A stretch of DNA of 37,198 nucleotides from Salisapilia sapeloensis CBS 127946. Taxonomy: Eukaryota > Protista > Oomycota. Each line of letters begins with the position of its first letter. Position 1 is the first letter of the stretch. The translations under genes and the position numbers were made by a program. Shown here in pieces: positions 8,055-18,278 of this stretch. The DNA is taken from positions 1 through 37,198 of the forward strand of contig JAADVB010000190.1 in NCBI GenBank assembly GCA_023334545.1. The letters run 5' to 3'. The notes under the pieces are model-generated. The model was not told where the DNA came from and ran no database searches. It was given only the letters and a program-made list of their open reading frames with translations.

Positions 8055-11000
8055 TTAAGAATCTCGTTTCGTCACCGATGTGACCATGTTCTGAATCGTA
8101 CTCATCGGTGGGCGGTAAATTTCAGGTAGCAGTTTCCGCTGGAGACTGTTAAAAGAGTACGTCGGAGCGCCTACATTCTTTCGAGCAATCTCGAGTCTGA
8201 CGCCAAACTCTCTCAAGACGTTGGCAATATCCTTGACCTCTTCCAACGGTCCACCGTCGCTCGCACCTCGTTCAATCTCGAACAGCACTTGCTTCTTCCT
8301 CTGCACCAGCAGTCTCGCCTGCTCCAGCGTCACGCTCATGGCAGTTCGGTCTTTCCCACTCTTGCAGTAGGTGATGCGCCCGCCATGCAGCGCCCGGACA
8401 GCGTCTGCAGCGTGGAAGAGGATGGTCGTGTTCTTGGCAGACGAGTCCTCTCCTTCGACACTGCTTCTCAAGTGTCTTAGAATCTCATCTGGATGGGAGC
8501 CGACACTTGCATCAAAGCAAGAGCATCCCTTCGCTTTCAGCCGATTGTAGTACTCGAGGATGGACCGGAAGGAAGAGCGGTTAATCTTGGCCTGGATGGA
8601 AACGCCTGCTGTACCGACCATGTTCGCTAGACTCTGCATCTCGTTGATGCCTTGTGTAAACAGCACAGAAGTGACGTGAATGAGCTCGCCTCTCTGCAAA
8701 GCAACAGGAAGCGTCTTGAACGACGCCGATGGGACAGGAACGCGGATCGTGTACCCAACATGTTCTCTCTCCACCAGTAGAATCTCATCCTTATCGCCTT
8801 CGACCAGTTGAAAAGCAAAGGTCTCAAGACTTTTGGTAGCGACCCATGCGTCAGAGATCATCCGCAGCTCCTTTCCGTGCGAAGAGATCAGACTCTCCCA
8901 TCCGACGAGGAAGCCAGCCTTTGACAATTGCGTCAGCATTTCGACATTCTCCTGCTGTATGCTCAGGTCCAACTTGGCTACGAAGCTCGTGACGAGGCCA
9001 CTGACACTCTGCGCCACCGTCACGCTCTTACGTAAATAGTATTCTAGACGCAGCATCTCTAACTTGCCGCTCATCTGGACAGCACTGTGGAGCGCATCAT
9101 CAGGTGATTTGTGGTGGGAAGGATCCACCTTGGTGCCTTTTCCCATCCGAGGGTACTGGATCCGTCGCTTTTCCGTCTCGACCTTGGGTGCTGTCGTTTT
9201 CTTCCTGTAGGAAGGGAACTTACCGGTCACAGCCTTCACGGCCAAGAACCCGACATTCTTCTTCTTCACAGGCACCTCTTCCTCCTCTTCCTCTTGCGCT
9301 GTCACCTCCAGCTCTTCATGCAGCGGGATGAGACCATATCTGGACTCGGCAGCAGCCTCCTCCGTCACGATAGATCGAGGATGTGGGACGTCAAAGACCC
9401 TGGTCTTCCGCCGATCTTGCATTGCAGACTGGAGGACCCTCGGATCGTATTTGTTTAGAAGTGTCTGGAGAGCACTGATCTCCATCTCCATCTCATGCAG
9501 TCCTTGGTCGGACACGCCCATCGCATGAGCGGTCGGCGCACCACATGTGACAGTGACGTGTGTCTCCGGCAGCTTCTTGGCTTCCTCCATGTTGGCATGG
9601 ACGGTGCTAAAGACAGAGGAGCTGCGTCGAATGCGACCTTCTGCCGGTTGCTTCCCATCTACACTTTGGTCCTTTGTGGCGGAGAGCAGAGGACTGTCCG
9701 GAGATAGATCTCGGAAGATACGGTAGAATGCCACATGGAGATTCGTCGGTAGTGCTTGCATCTCCTTGTCGTGCTTTAGCAGACTCGACTTGAACGTTTG
9801 TCCTTCTCCCACAAGACGCTCACACGTACGGATCATGTCATTCACATGCGCTTCTAGCTGCTGTAGCTTGACAACGTGCGGAAAGAGAAATTCCAATGGC
9901 ATCTCACTGTCCAAACTCTCGTTACTACTTTCGACTTGCACATCCTTTTCACTCAATAGCACTTGCAGACGCAGTTGGACCTGTCCTCGCACCTGATCCG
10001 TCTCTGTATTACGCACGTCGAACCAGTCTACGAGCGATCGACTCTGGACGTACATCCCACCTTCTACCTCTTCCCGTCTACTCTCCATAACAGACGCAAT
10101 GGATTCGAATGGAAGTGTCAACTCGCCCATGAGCTCCGTCTCGAGACCTCCCATATAACTATACAATTCATTCACTATTTGCACTCGAACCCATCCGCTT
10201 AATGCATCTTTATCCGAGACGTTCGGACGATAGAAGACAAACTGAGTCAAGTTATTCTCTTCGTTCGTGCTTGTGTGAGAAGGCAGCGTTGGAGACACCC
10301 AGTAGTTCGTACTAGGCTTGTTATGCTGACACCGAGTAGACGCATGTGCGTTCGTCGAAAAGACTGGCGTGGTCGTACCGTACTCTGTGTTCGTCCGACC
10401 GACGACGACTTCTGGCATGTCACCACTGCCGTCCGAGTACTTTACAATCGCATATGCGTTCGTATGAGAAGTGTCTTCCCTTTCAACCGATGCCCTTGTG
10501 CTACTGGCTTTAAGTCGGTTCAAGAGCATGTTCCGACCAGAGTTGGACAAACTGTTGGAGCTGGTGCCTGGAACACCCAAGATATTAGTGTCACTCACGG
10601 AGGCTGACCTCTGGTGTCCGTCCTCAAAACGTCTGCCGGAGATCACCTGGATACGATAGACGTTGAACCCATGCTCCAACGCTTCCTGATCACTCGTGAA
10701 GAACCGCCGACGCACACACCGGACTTGGGTGTACCGCTGCTTCCACGACGTCAGCATCTGGCGTAGCTCTCTTTCACACACACGCAAGAGTTGCAGCGGG
10801 ATCTTGGCACTCCATTCCACTTCACTCGCTTCTTCCACGGCCAGCTTTGCACCTGACAAGGCACTCGTGCTTCCGTTGCGTTCACCTGAGATGGACATGG
10901 CTCGTCGATGCTGAGGAGAAGGATAGAAGAGAAAGCCCTTTAGCATATTGTCGTAAGCTTGGAAGAGAGGGTGCTCTTGAGGTGTGAGGTTCAAGAACCT

Positions 11001-11681
11001 AATTTCGACCATCCCTCCTTCCATATAGTTGGACGACACAGGCAGCTTCATCGTCTGACTGAACTCTCCTCCCGTTGCCACGAGCCACATCTCCTGGAAA
11101 GTGGTGGTGGCAAAACCAAATGTAGTACTGTTATTATTCTCGTCTGGAATTGTCAGGATAATCTGTACGTGTCGATTAAACCTCGCTGGGTCTTGACACC
11201 GAACGCACATGCCAACGATAAAGTTCGGATCAGGAGACTTTTGCGTATCTGAGTACACAACCTCTTCATCTAGCAACGGTAGACTGTCTTGTGCCTCATC
11301 TTCCTCCAAGATAGGGATTTCTTCCGATACTCGCAATTGGATGCGAACATCCTGATTTGAGCTAGGCATCCCCAATGGATCTGAATTGCTACTAGCGTTC
11401 ATAAAGCTACTCCACGTGTTCTTCACGAACGTCTGAGCACCGCTTTTACTAGTGGCTAGTTGTGCATGGAAGTCTGCGCATGATATGAAAAAGTGGAGGC
11501 GAGGACGAGTATCTTCTCGTACATGCTCTGCGATCTCATTCGGCACAGCGACTTCGCCTGTCGATTGCGCTTCTGCTACCGGTGCCGGTGGTGGCTGACT
11601 TGCGAATGGATCTGGAAGAGATGAAAATGGATCTCTGCATGGCGTATCGTCTCCAAGCCCAAGTAGGTCCGCCTCCTCCAT
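8055..11681 (-). CDS. INPP4: Inositol polyphosphate 4-phosphatase (INPP4-like) with C2 domain(s)
   Basis: CX5R motif TYCKSGKDRTAMSVTLEQ; LFTQGINEMQSLA and YSFNSLQRKLLPEIYRPP resemble the INPP4 C-terminus. C2-like segment YRIQVISGR...NAYAIVKY...VVGRTNTE. The ORF is open to ATG 11837; start chosen at MEEADLLG (11681) by inference. Confidence 0.85.
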   Translation of the reverse strand: MEEADLLGLGDDTPCRDPFSSLPDPFASQPPPAPVAEAQSTGEVAVPNEIAEHVREDTRPRLHFFISCADFHAQLATSKSGAQTFVKNTWSSFMNASSNSDPLGMPSSNQDVRIQLRVSEEIPILEEDEAQDSLPLLDEEVVYSDTQKSPDPNFIVGMCVRCQDPARFNRHVQIILTIPDENNNSTTFGFATTTFQEMWLVATGGEFSQTMKLPVSSNYMEGGMVEIRFLNLTPQEHPLFQAYDNMLKGFLFYPSPQHRRAMSISGERNGSTSALSGAKLAVEEASEVEWSAKIPLQLLRVCERELRQMLTSWKQRYTQVRCVRRRFFTSDQEALEHGFNVYRIQVISGRRFEDGHQRSASVSDTNILGVPGTSSNSLSNSGRNMLLNRLKASSTRASVEREDTSHTNAYAIVKYSDGSGDMPEVVVGRTNTEYGTTTPVFSTNAHASTRCQHNKPSTNYWVSPTLPSHTSTNEENNLTQFVFYRPNVSDKDALSGWVRVQIVNELYSYMGGLETELMGELTLPFESIASVMESRREEVEGGMYVQSRSLVDWFDVRNTETDQVRGQVQLRLQVLLSEKDVQVESSNESLDSEMPLEFLFPHVVKLQQLEAHVNDMIRTCERLVGEGQTFKSSLLKHDKEMQALPTNLHVAFYRIFRDLSPDSPLLSATKDQSVDGKQPAEGRIRRSSSVFSTVHANMEEAKKLPETHVTVTCGAPTAHAMGVSDQGLHEMEMEISALQTLLNKYDPRVLQSAMQDRRKTRVFDVPHPRSIVTEEAAAESRYGLIPLHEELEVTAQEEEEEEVPVKKKNVGFLAVKAVTGKFPSYRKKTTAPKVETEKRRIQYPRMGKGTKVDPSHHKSPDDALHSAVQMSGKLEMLRLEYYLRKSVTVAQSVSGLVTSFVAKLDLSIQQENVEMLTQLSKAGFLVGWESLISSHGKELRMISDAWVATKSLETFAFQLVEGDKDEILLVEREHVGYTIRVPVPSASFKTLPVALQRGELIHVTSVLFTQGINEMQSLANMVGTAGVSIQAKINRSSFRSILEYYNRLKAKGCSCFDASVGSHPDEILRHLRSSVEGEDSSAKNTTILFHAADAVRALHGGRITYCKSGKDRTAMSVTLEQARLLVQRKKQVLFEIERGASDGGPLEEVKDIANVLREFGVRLEIARKNVGAPTYSFNSLQRKLLPEIYRPPMSTIQNMVTSVTKRDS

Positions 11682-12608
11682 CGTGTCTGTCGGCCGGAAG
11701 CAGTTGTCGTGTCGTCGAGCTTCAGGCGCTATATAGAGTTGTTCTGATCTATTCAAGAAAGGTTCATGGCACCCATTTCTTAGCTTTTTACGCACGGTTT
11801 GCGTAATCAGAGTAACCAGTAACCTCGGCACTTTCATAGCGAAAGGCGATCGTAAACGAGGTGCGAATGGTCGATAAAGGTAAGCGAATGATATGGCATG
11901 CTAGCGATTGCTTATTGTACTACCTAGTCGCATAGCAAAAGAATCTAAACCATGCGCGATGGAGCTCTTCCAATTCTCAAGATTTTCCACAATTAGTTTG
12001 GTTCTCCAAGGCATCGTTGACTGGATAGCTATGGAAGATCTAGAATAATGAAAGGAAATAGGCAACGCAATGTGAGCGACGACTTTGGTCATAAAGCTTA
12101 GTAAAGAGGGATCAGTAGCCTTTACGTTTACTCGAGTTTTAGCAATCTACATCCATTCTATGCCGGCCTATAATGGCATCTTTTCTCGTCTTCTAGCTCA
12201 CGCACTGGTATGATCGCTTCTAACTACTCGGGCTTACTCTTGGGTAGAGAGGTTATCTCTGAAATATATGTGCCAAGGATAGTGCGTCAGATTTTTAACT
12301 TGAAAGCATCCAAATAGGAACAATTCATCATGTTGTTAGCAATAGCACGCTTATCACTGCACAGTACGCAGCAAAGAGTTGGAACCAGACAACTTATTTT
12401 GGCATATCTATCTTATAAAGACTCGTCGCTTTTATATATGAGCGCCCTCACTGTGCAGGACCTTTCGTCGACATTCGTTCTACATGGAAAGTGACATGGA
12501 ACGCAAATATCATTTGAAGAAGACAACTAGCATCTATTCATATCCCTACTATTCGCTATTGTAACCGTAGCTTGTCATTGCATCTGAGTGCGTTAATTCC
12601 ACCCTTAG

Positions 12609-14453
12609 CTACGGAGATGAAAGTCGAGTCCATCCAATGCGAACCTGTGGGAAGGAAGCTCGGATAGAGGCATCAAAAGTGGACACATTCGTCAAAACCT
12701 CTGCTTCCACAACATTTTCAAGTGCCATTGCGCTCTGGATACTTTCACTGTCCTCCAGCTCTCGCACGACATCCATCTTTGTCCCCATCTCTTCCATCAA
12801 CCACGGCATCTTTTGCTCCATTTGTGCCAACCCGCCTTTCACACACAGTGCAAAGTACTTGTCCTCTCCACCCATTCGGTTCTCCACCTCCTTCCTCCAA
12901 TCCCCACACTCTTCATCCACGTTCAGAAAGAGCACCACAACTCTATTCCGTTCCTTTTCCTTTGTCTCGAATGGAGGCTGCAGCAACAACCGAACCTTCT
13001 TCCCTACGATGAAGCTGATGCCGATCGTGCCTTTCACAATGACACTCTCTTCCGTCCAATCTCTACTTTGACTATCTCTCTTCTCTAACAGTTCATTCGA
13101 GTACGAAGCAGGAATATTCGCTGCTGTCGATACAGTGATATGCGGAACTCGATTGGCGCATCTAAAAGAAGAATCTAGTGTTCGAATACGCAGCGCCTGA
13201 CCTCGATCATCCCATACCTCTTCCTCTATATCTACATCCACCTCTTTCCCAACATCCACACCATCCAAAGAGTCTTCCGATGGACCATACTCCATCGTCA
13301 CGTGATCTATATAGACATTCTCAAACCTCACAGTCTTGAGAGCGTCCTTCAACTTCTGTCGTTCATCTAAAGGAAAGAAAATACCTATAAACTTAGTCTT
13401 AACCCCTCCATACGAAAGCTGCGATAGGGGATGGAGGGGTAAAGAGACGAAATGAGGACGGAACGAGAGTGCTCGACTGTCCTTTTGCCATCGCAGGTAC
13501 ATTTCTAGCACTTTTGGTACTGGAACGCCATGCGAGTTTCGTCTCGCAGCATAGTACGCTTCCACCATGTTGTCACATTGGACTTGTACGATGGTATGTG
13601 GAACATGGAACTGCTCTGCCATCTTCACGTACGTGTCATACTCCCACAACTGCGTGTTTGTGTTGTCCACAATCACCAGCGTCGGACGTTTCGACTTAAT
13701 TGCTTCCTCTACACCTGCCTTGCACGTCGCGTGTGCCTTCTGAAGCTGCTTAGGATTAAAGACGTACCCTCTTTTAGTCTCAAAGAAGTAGTCTGCCGAG
13801 AACACTTGGCAATCAATGTCAAGTTGAGAAGCAATAAGACGTAGCTGAGATGTCTGGTAGGACTTGCCACTGCCTGGAATACCTCGCATGATCACAACGT
13901 AGGGCTTGTTGCTCGACTTGATCTCATCGAAAACACTCTGCATTTGACTTTGTAGTCTTGGATCGACAGGCATGGAAGGCGCAGTCAAAGGAAAGAGGCT
14001 TGTAGCTATCGGTGAAGACGACTCGGATGTAGCTTGGTAACACAGGAGCGCGTCCAGAGTAAATGCATTGGAGTGGATGTCGGCCGAGGAGGTTCTCGCT
14101 TTCTGGCGCTTACCTCCTTTTAGTAGACTGGAACTAGTGATCCCTAGACTCTGCAGTCGTAGCTGGTACGCATTTGCGAGTCGAAACAACAAGTCGTTGT
14201 CTTCAGCAGACAAAGACAGGATCGACTCGGATGATACGAAGACACTCTTATTGATATGGCGACTGGTCGGAGGTGATACGCTCGATACAAAGTAACAAAT
14301 GTCCTCCTGCCGTCCACTTTGCACTTGACACTGAAGCAGGTCTATCTCCAAGGTCTGGTCATTGTCCTCCGACGCTGCAAGTCGAACTGACAGCTTCATC
14401 TCGTCCAGCTCTGTCGTTTGGGTGTATTGACATGGTACACTTGAGGTCATCAT
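12609..14453 (-). CDS. P-loop polynucleotide-kinase-like (N4BP2/AAA_33) domain + 2H phosphoesterase (CNPase/tRNA-ligase healing-type architecture)
   Basis: Walker A VIMRGIPGSGKS, FSADYFF, VIVDNTN, RNSHGVP are typical N4BP2-like motifs. Two HxT motifs: IDHVTME and VPHITVS. The ORF-track start at 14492 is GTG; first ATG is 14453, alternative 14399. A possible 36-nt intron (12644-12609) would extend the 3' end to 12549 (uncertain). Confidence 0.75.
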   Translation of the reverse strand: MMTSSVPCQYTQTTELDEMKLSVRLAASEDNDQTLEIDLLQCQVQSGRQEDICYFVSSVSPPTSRHINKSVFVSSESILSLSAEDNDLLFRLANAYQLRLQSLGITSSSLLKGGKRQKARTSSADIHSNAFTLDALLCYQATSESSSPIATSLFPLTAPSMPVDPRLQSQMQSVFDEIKSSNKPYVVIMRGIPGSGKSYQTSQLRLIASQLDIDCQVFSADYFFETKRGYVFNPKQLQKAHATCKAGVEEAIKSKRPTLVIVDNTNTQLWEYDTYVKMAEQFHVPHTIVQVQCDNMVEAYYAARRNSHGVPVPKVLEMYLRWQKDSRALSFRPHFVSLPLHPLSQLSYGGVKTKFIGIFFPLDERQKLKDALKTVRFENVYIDHVTMEYGPSEDSLDGVDVGKEVDVDIEEEVWDDRGQALRIRTLDSSFRCANRVPHITVSTAANIPASYSNELLEKRDSQSRDWTEESVIVKGTIGISFIVGKKVRLLLQPPFETKEKERNRVVVLFLNVDEECGDWRKEVENRMGGEDKYFALCVKGGLAQMEQKMPWLMEEMGTKMDVVRELEDSESIQSAMALENVVEAEVLTNVSTFDASIRASFPQVRIGWTRLSSP

Positions 14454-14528
14454 GTGGTACAATACTGGAACTTTCGCGTACTTTCCAGACACTTCCGCTC
14501 GAATTTCTCATGACAAGAGCCATGTCTC

Positions 14529-14546
14529 TTCATTTCTACATTTGCC
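14529..14546 (+). promoter_or_regulatory. Oomycete-type Inr+FPR core promoter of the BAG-HSP20 gene
   Basis: TCATTTC-TA-CATTTGC fits YCAYTYY-NN-MWTTTNC and lies ~35-50 nt upstream of ATG 14579. Confidence 0.55.
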
Positions 14547-14578
14547 TCTGATCTACCAAGACGCAAGCTATATCAACG

Positions 14579-15553
14579 ATGACAAGCGAAGCAAAAGAAG
14601 CAATGGACCAGCTCCAGTCCATCCGTTGCAAGACACAAGACATTGAATCCGCATTGAACGAACGCATTCCTCGCCAAAGAGGTCCGTTGGCAGCACTCGT
14701 CAGCTTTTACCACTGGATGCTCCACTCCCCACTGCCTTCCAACAATGCTGCACGTGAAAAAGAAGCGACTGTGAGAATCCGTCGTGAGCTTGGTGCTTTC
14801 GACTATCGAGTCAAGGAGCAAGCGGAATTGCTCACACGGCATCTCTTGTCTCTCGACAACATCCTCAGCTATGGTGATGCTAGCGTCAAGGAAGAACGCA
14901 AGAAGCTCGTCACATACATCCAGCACTTGTTGGAAGTTGCTGACAAGATGAAAGACAGCAGCAGTCGGCTGAAAGACAGTGGTGAAAAGGCTATTGCTGC
15001 TTTCCCTGGTTTCCCGGAAGAAGAAAAGGAGCCGACCTGCTCCGAGACAGAGTCTCCTAGTGAAGATGAAGTAGAAGAGCCAGATCATGTGTCGGATACA
15101 GCTTCAGAAGCGGAAGAAGAAGACAACCAGATGGAAGAAGAGCCCGTTTCAGAGGCGGAAGACGAGGACAATCAGGTGGAAGAAGAGTCGTTACCGACGT
15201 GGCATCCCAAATATCAATTCGAAAAGGACCACTCGGGACTCTATCTGTACATCCGACTGCCTGGTGTGAACAAGAAAGATATGGACGTTCGTTACTCCGA
15301 GTACAGTGGCATCCTTCGTGTTGCAGGCTACAAACTTCCGACGAAGAGGGATTTGCAATTGACGAAGTTGACTGGAAAACCATCCTTTGGTCGTTTTGAA
15401 GTCAAAGAGCGATTGCCAATGCAACAATTAGACATGGACGAGGCCACCCAGCAGCTCTACGACGACGGCACCTTTGAAATCTTCATGCCATGGTATCGAC
15501 ACCCAGTGCGACGACCAGCACAAATGTTTGGCGCCCCAGGTTTCTTCTGGTAA
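14579..15553 (+). CDS. BAG-domain + HSP20/alpha-crystallin-domain co-chaperone
   Basis: BAG-like ELLTRHLLSLDNILSYGDASVKEERKKLVTYIQHLLEVAD; acidic linker; ACD-like YLYIRLPGVNKKDMDVRY...LRVAG...FGRFEVKERLP...DGTFEIFMP. Confidence 0.8.
   Translation: MTSEAKEAMDQLQSIRCKTQDIESALNERIPRQRGPLAALVSFYHWMLHSPLPSNNAAREKEATVRIRRELGAFDYRVKEQAELLTRHLLSLDNILSYGDASVKEERKKLVTYIQHLLEVADKMKDSSSRLKDSGEKAIAAFPGFPEEEKEPTCSETESPSEDEVEEPDHVSDTASEAEEEDNQMEEEPVSEAEDEDNQVEEESLPTWHPKYQFEKDHSGLYLYIRLPGVNKKDMDVRYSEYSGILRVAGYKLPTKRDLQLTKLTGKPSFGRFEVKERLPMQQLDMDEATQQLYDDGTFEIFMPWYRHPVRRPAQMFGAPGFFW
15104..15187 (+). repeat. 45-nt-period coding duplication in the acidic linker of BAG-HSP20
   Basis: tcagaagcggaagaagaagacaaccagatggaagaagag (15104) vs tcagaggcggaagacgaggacaatcaggtggaagaagag (15149): SEAEEEDNQMEEE / SEAEDEDNQVEEE. 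Confidence 0.75.
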
Positions 15554-15960
15554 CCACGTCGGTATTTAACAAAGGCTAGGATACTCTGTGTTTTCAGTTG
15601 ACATACAAGTTTTGCCAACACTAAGGACGGAATAGTTTTAGTTTCCCAGGAAAGATGCAAATTATACAATAAAAAACCTTTTATTATATCCCAATTGCTT
15701 GACAATGATCGAAACTACTCGGAGCTCATTGGCATAAGCTGCTCCATGTCTGCTGCTGACGATAGCAAAGCTGTGGAAAGAATGAAACAATCAGACAGTC
15801 TGCTTTAGTTAACTGGATAAGTCTGGAGACAATTGCTTCTTCCTTTAGTCTGTTCATGCTCCATCGTTATCGAGTCTGCTCATAATTATGATAGGACTGA
15901 AAAGATGGAGAGTACGAATTGTAAAGACATTTTGGAGGAAAAAGGAGATATTAACTCAGA

Positions 15961-16662
15961 TTAGATGTAGTAAGGTAGCGTTCGACTGTCCAAGTCGCCT
16001 AGCATCCACGTCGACAGCTCTGTCGTTGACACCTGCCATTCCTTCACAATGCGTTTCTCAGGCTGTGCTTTGACTACCTTGTCCACAGACACTTCGTCCG
16101 CCGATTGTTCTTCAGCCACTGCTTCCGCAGGCACCTGTTCCACCACTTCTTTCACTGGTTGTTTCCCCACTGCTTCCACAGGTTCTTTCTCCAATGCAAG
16201 TTCCACATATGCTTCCGTCTCGACAGATTGATCCACCATAGCTGGACGCTTCGACGCAAGTGCAGATCGTAATCGCTGGACATGTGCTTGCAACTGCTCC
16301 ATCTCCCGACGCTCTCGTTCTTCCTGCACTTGTCTTTCTTGTGTTTGCTTATCCACGGCAGCTCGTCTCTGCCCTTCCCTCATCTGGAACACTCGGGACT
16401 TGAGTGCCGACGCAGCCTACTAGGTCATGAGCAACTACTACTGGCTACTTTCAACTTCTCATGCTACCTGTTTATACTGCTTCTGCTGCTCCTGGATGAG
16501 GTCTAGCATGGCTGCCACACGGTTCTGGCGTCTTGCACGTCGTCTAGCAAACTCCATCTGGATGTTCAACGCAGCTTGCTTGAGCATCCGCTGGCGGAAG
16601 TTGTAGTAGCCGACACCGAGGAGGACCGTGGCGAGTGCCGGCAGTCCAAACTTGCTCACCAT
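15961..16662 (-). CDS. Hypothetical protein: N-terminal hydrophobic anchor, coiled coil, E/V/P-rich tail (2 exons; 3' end uncertain)
   Basis: Exons 16662-16468 and 16416-15961 joined in frame by a 51-nt GT-AG intron (16467-16417): ...KQYKQ|AASALKSRVFQMREGQ. N-terminus MVSKFGLPALATVLLGVGYYNFRQR. Confidence 0.65.
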
Positions 16663-17233
16663 CGACTTAAAGAGAGAAGGTTTGTCATAGAGGGACGGTA
16701 AGGTGGCAGCAGTCCCGGTTGCAATTGTGCCTCGTCCCTGGATATTCTTTAGGCATGCCGTTATCTCGTCCGCCGTCAGCCCCTATGCATACGTATTCAG
16801 CAGCTATCGATAGAGAAATTTCACATGTAGCTATACTTTATGCTCTAGAAAGTCAACTCGATCAGCTAGAGACAATGCTCGAACGGAAGGGTGGAGTAAG
16901 AAAGCCTCGCATTTCGCCAGGAAGGCAGATCGACCGATGACTTTGTCAGCCATGATGTCGCCAAGTCTGGGGAAGACATAAAGGTAGTCAAATTACCAAG
17001 ACACCATTGAAGCTCCATATAATACTCGAGTCAAAACGGTCTACGAAAATAGCTACAAAATTCGCATGCTACCAAAATCCCTCACTCGATCATTAGTTGA
17101 TTGTTAAGTGTGTCGACGTCGTACTTGGCATACGCACGACCTTCCATACCCTCTATCCGTCTAAGACATTCGGGTCGTCCAACTGGACCGCTGCCTGGAT
17201 CTGTTGCCAGGAGCTATTGAACTCTCGAGCACA

Positions 17234-17935
17234 ATGGCTGGCAGCGACAACCCATCCCATTGCCCATTAAACGCATTAAAGAGACGGCATCCAACCTCTG
17301 CTACTAATTCGAGTCATACGAATGCGTCCAAGGACAAACCTCCTGCATCTAAAACATCTAGTGGTAATGCAGCACCGATCGACACTGTACATGCTTCAGT
17401 TTCGAATCCAAAGCAACGAAAGCTGTCGGCTCAGGCGTCCCAAGGACTATACCACTATGCAAAACAGTTACTACAGAACCAGGAGATGGAAGTGGAAGTC
17501 CAACAGCGAGATTTAAAGGAAAGGCAGGAACGTATACGGGAGCAAAGGAATCAATTGGAGCGTCAGTTGAGGTCACTGCAGCGCCAGATCAATGCGTTAG
17601 ACGATTCCGACTCGTTGCAAGACTGGATGGACTCGTCCGACCTATCGTTGGTGCATGCAGAAGTCCCTGCTGGACTATTTATTACCGTCACGGATGCGCT
17701 CGACTGTGACGATTTAAGCAGTGACTCTAGTGATTCAGCAACCGAAGAGGAAGAGAAGACGAACGGACGCACACCAAGCGAGGACGCATCACAGGCCATG
17801 ATGGGAAAACCGAAGAAAGTGATCGAAAAGGAAAGGGAGCTGGAGGAAGCGAGGCGGGATCGAATAAAGCGGCTGAAAGAGCTGTCTTCGGAGCTCGAAG
17901 GCAGTGCCAAGTTTCAGCGTCGAAAGAAGCGATAG
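17234..17935 (+). CDS. Hypothetical low-complexity/coiled-coil protein with basic C-terminal NLS-like tail
   Basis: ORF 17204-17935 starts at TTG; first ATG is 17234. Heptad-like QQRDLKERQERIREQRNQLERQLRSLQRQINAL; ends QRRKKR. No family recognised. Confidence 0.6.
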   Translation: MAGSDNPSHCPLNALKRRHPTSATNSSHTNASKDKPPASKTSSGNAAPIDTVHASVSNPKQRKLSAQASQGLYHYAKQLLQNQEMEVEVQQRDLKERQERIREQRNQLERQLRSLQRQINALDDSDSLQDWMDSSDLSLVHAEVPAGLFITVTDALDCDDLSSDSSDSATEEEEKTNGRTPSEDASQAMMGKPKKVIEKERELEEARRDRIKRLKELSSELEGSAKFQRRKKR

Positions 17936-18278
17936 AGCAAGTTATTTCTTGAAAACGATTCTACTTTATGCCGTAGCCTCCATTACCAACATCAATGCAA
18001 GTCTCATGCGTTCTTAAATACTACAAGACAATGTACATGACCCCTTATTGGAGCTTGTAGCTACTACAGATGAGCGTACTCCTTTCCTTCATGTATTGTG
18101 CAAGCAGTAAGAGCTATGCCGGAAAACAAGCCATAGACACCCTTACAGCTATGAAGAATTGGCTGACGGAACGAGAAAACAGTTTGAATCCAAGCAGACA
18201 AGAGGCTTCGTATGTCTTATCCTACTAAACAAAAGGTATCAATGGTCCTATGCAAGTGTCCACAGAAAAAAAGACTAT

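Noticed and set aside
11838-12548. ~700-bp spacer with a 63-aa ORF (11901-12092)
   Set aside because: No recognisable motif, no consistent splice path, no terminal repeats; treated as intergenic.
16719-16940. 73-aa ORF in the divergent spacer between the two orphan genes
   Set aside because: No motif or codon-bias support; located in a probable promoter region.
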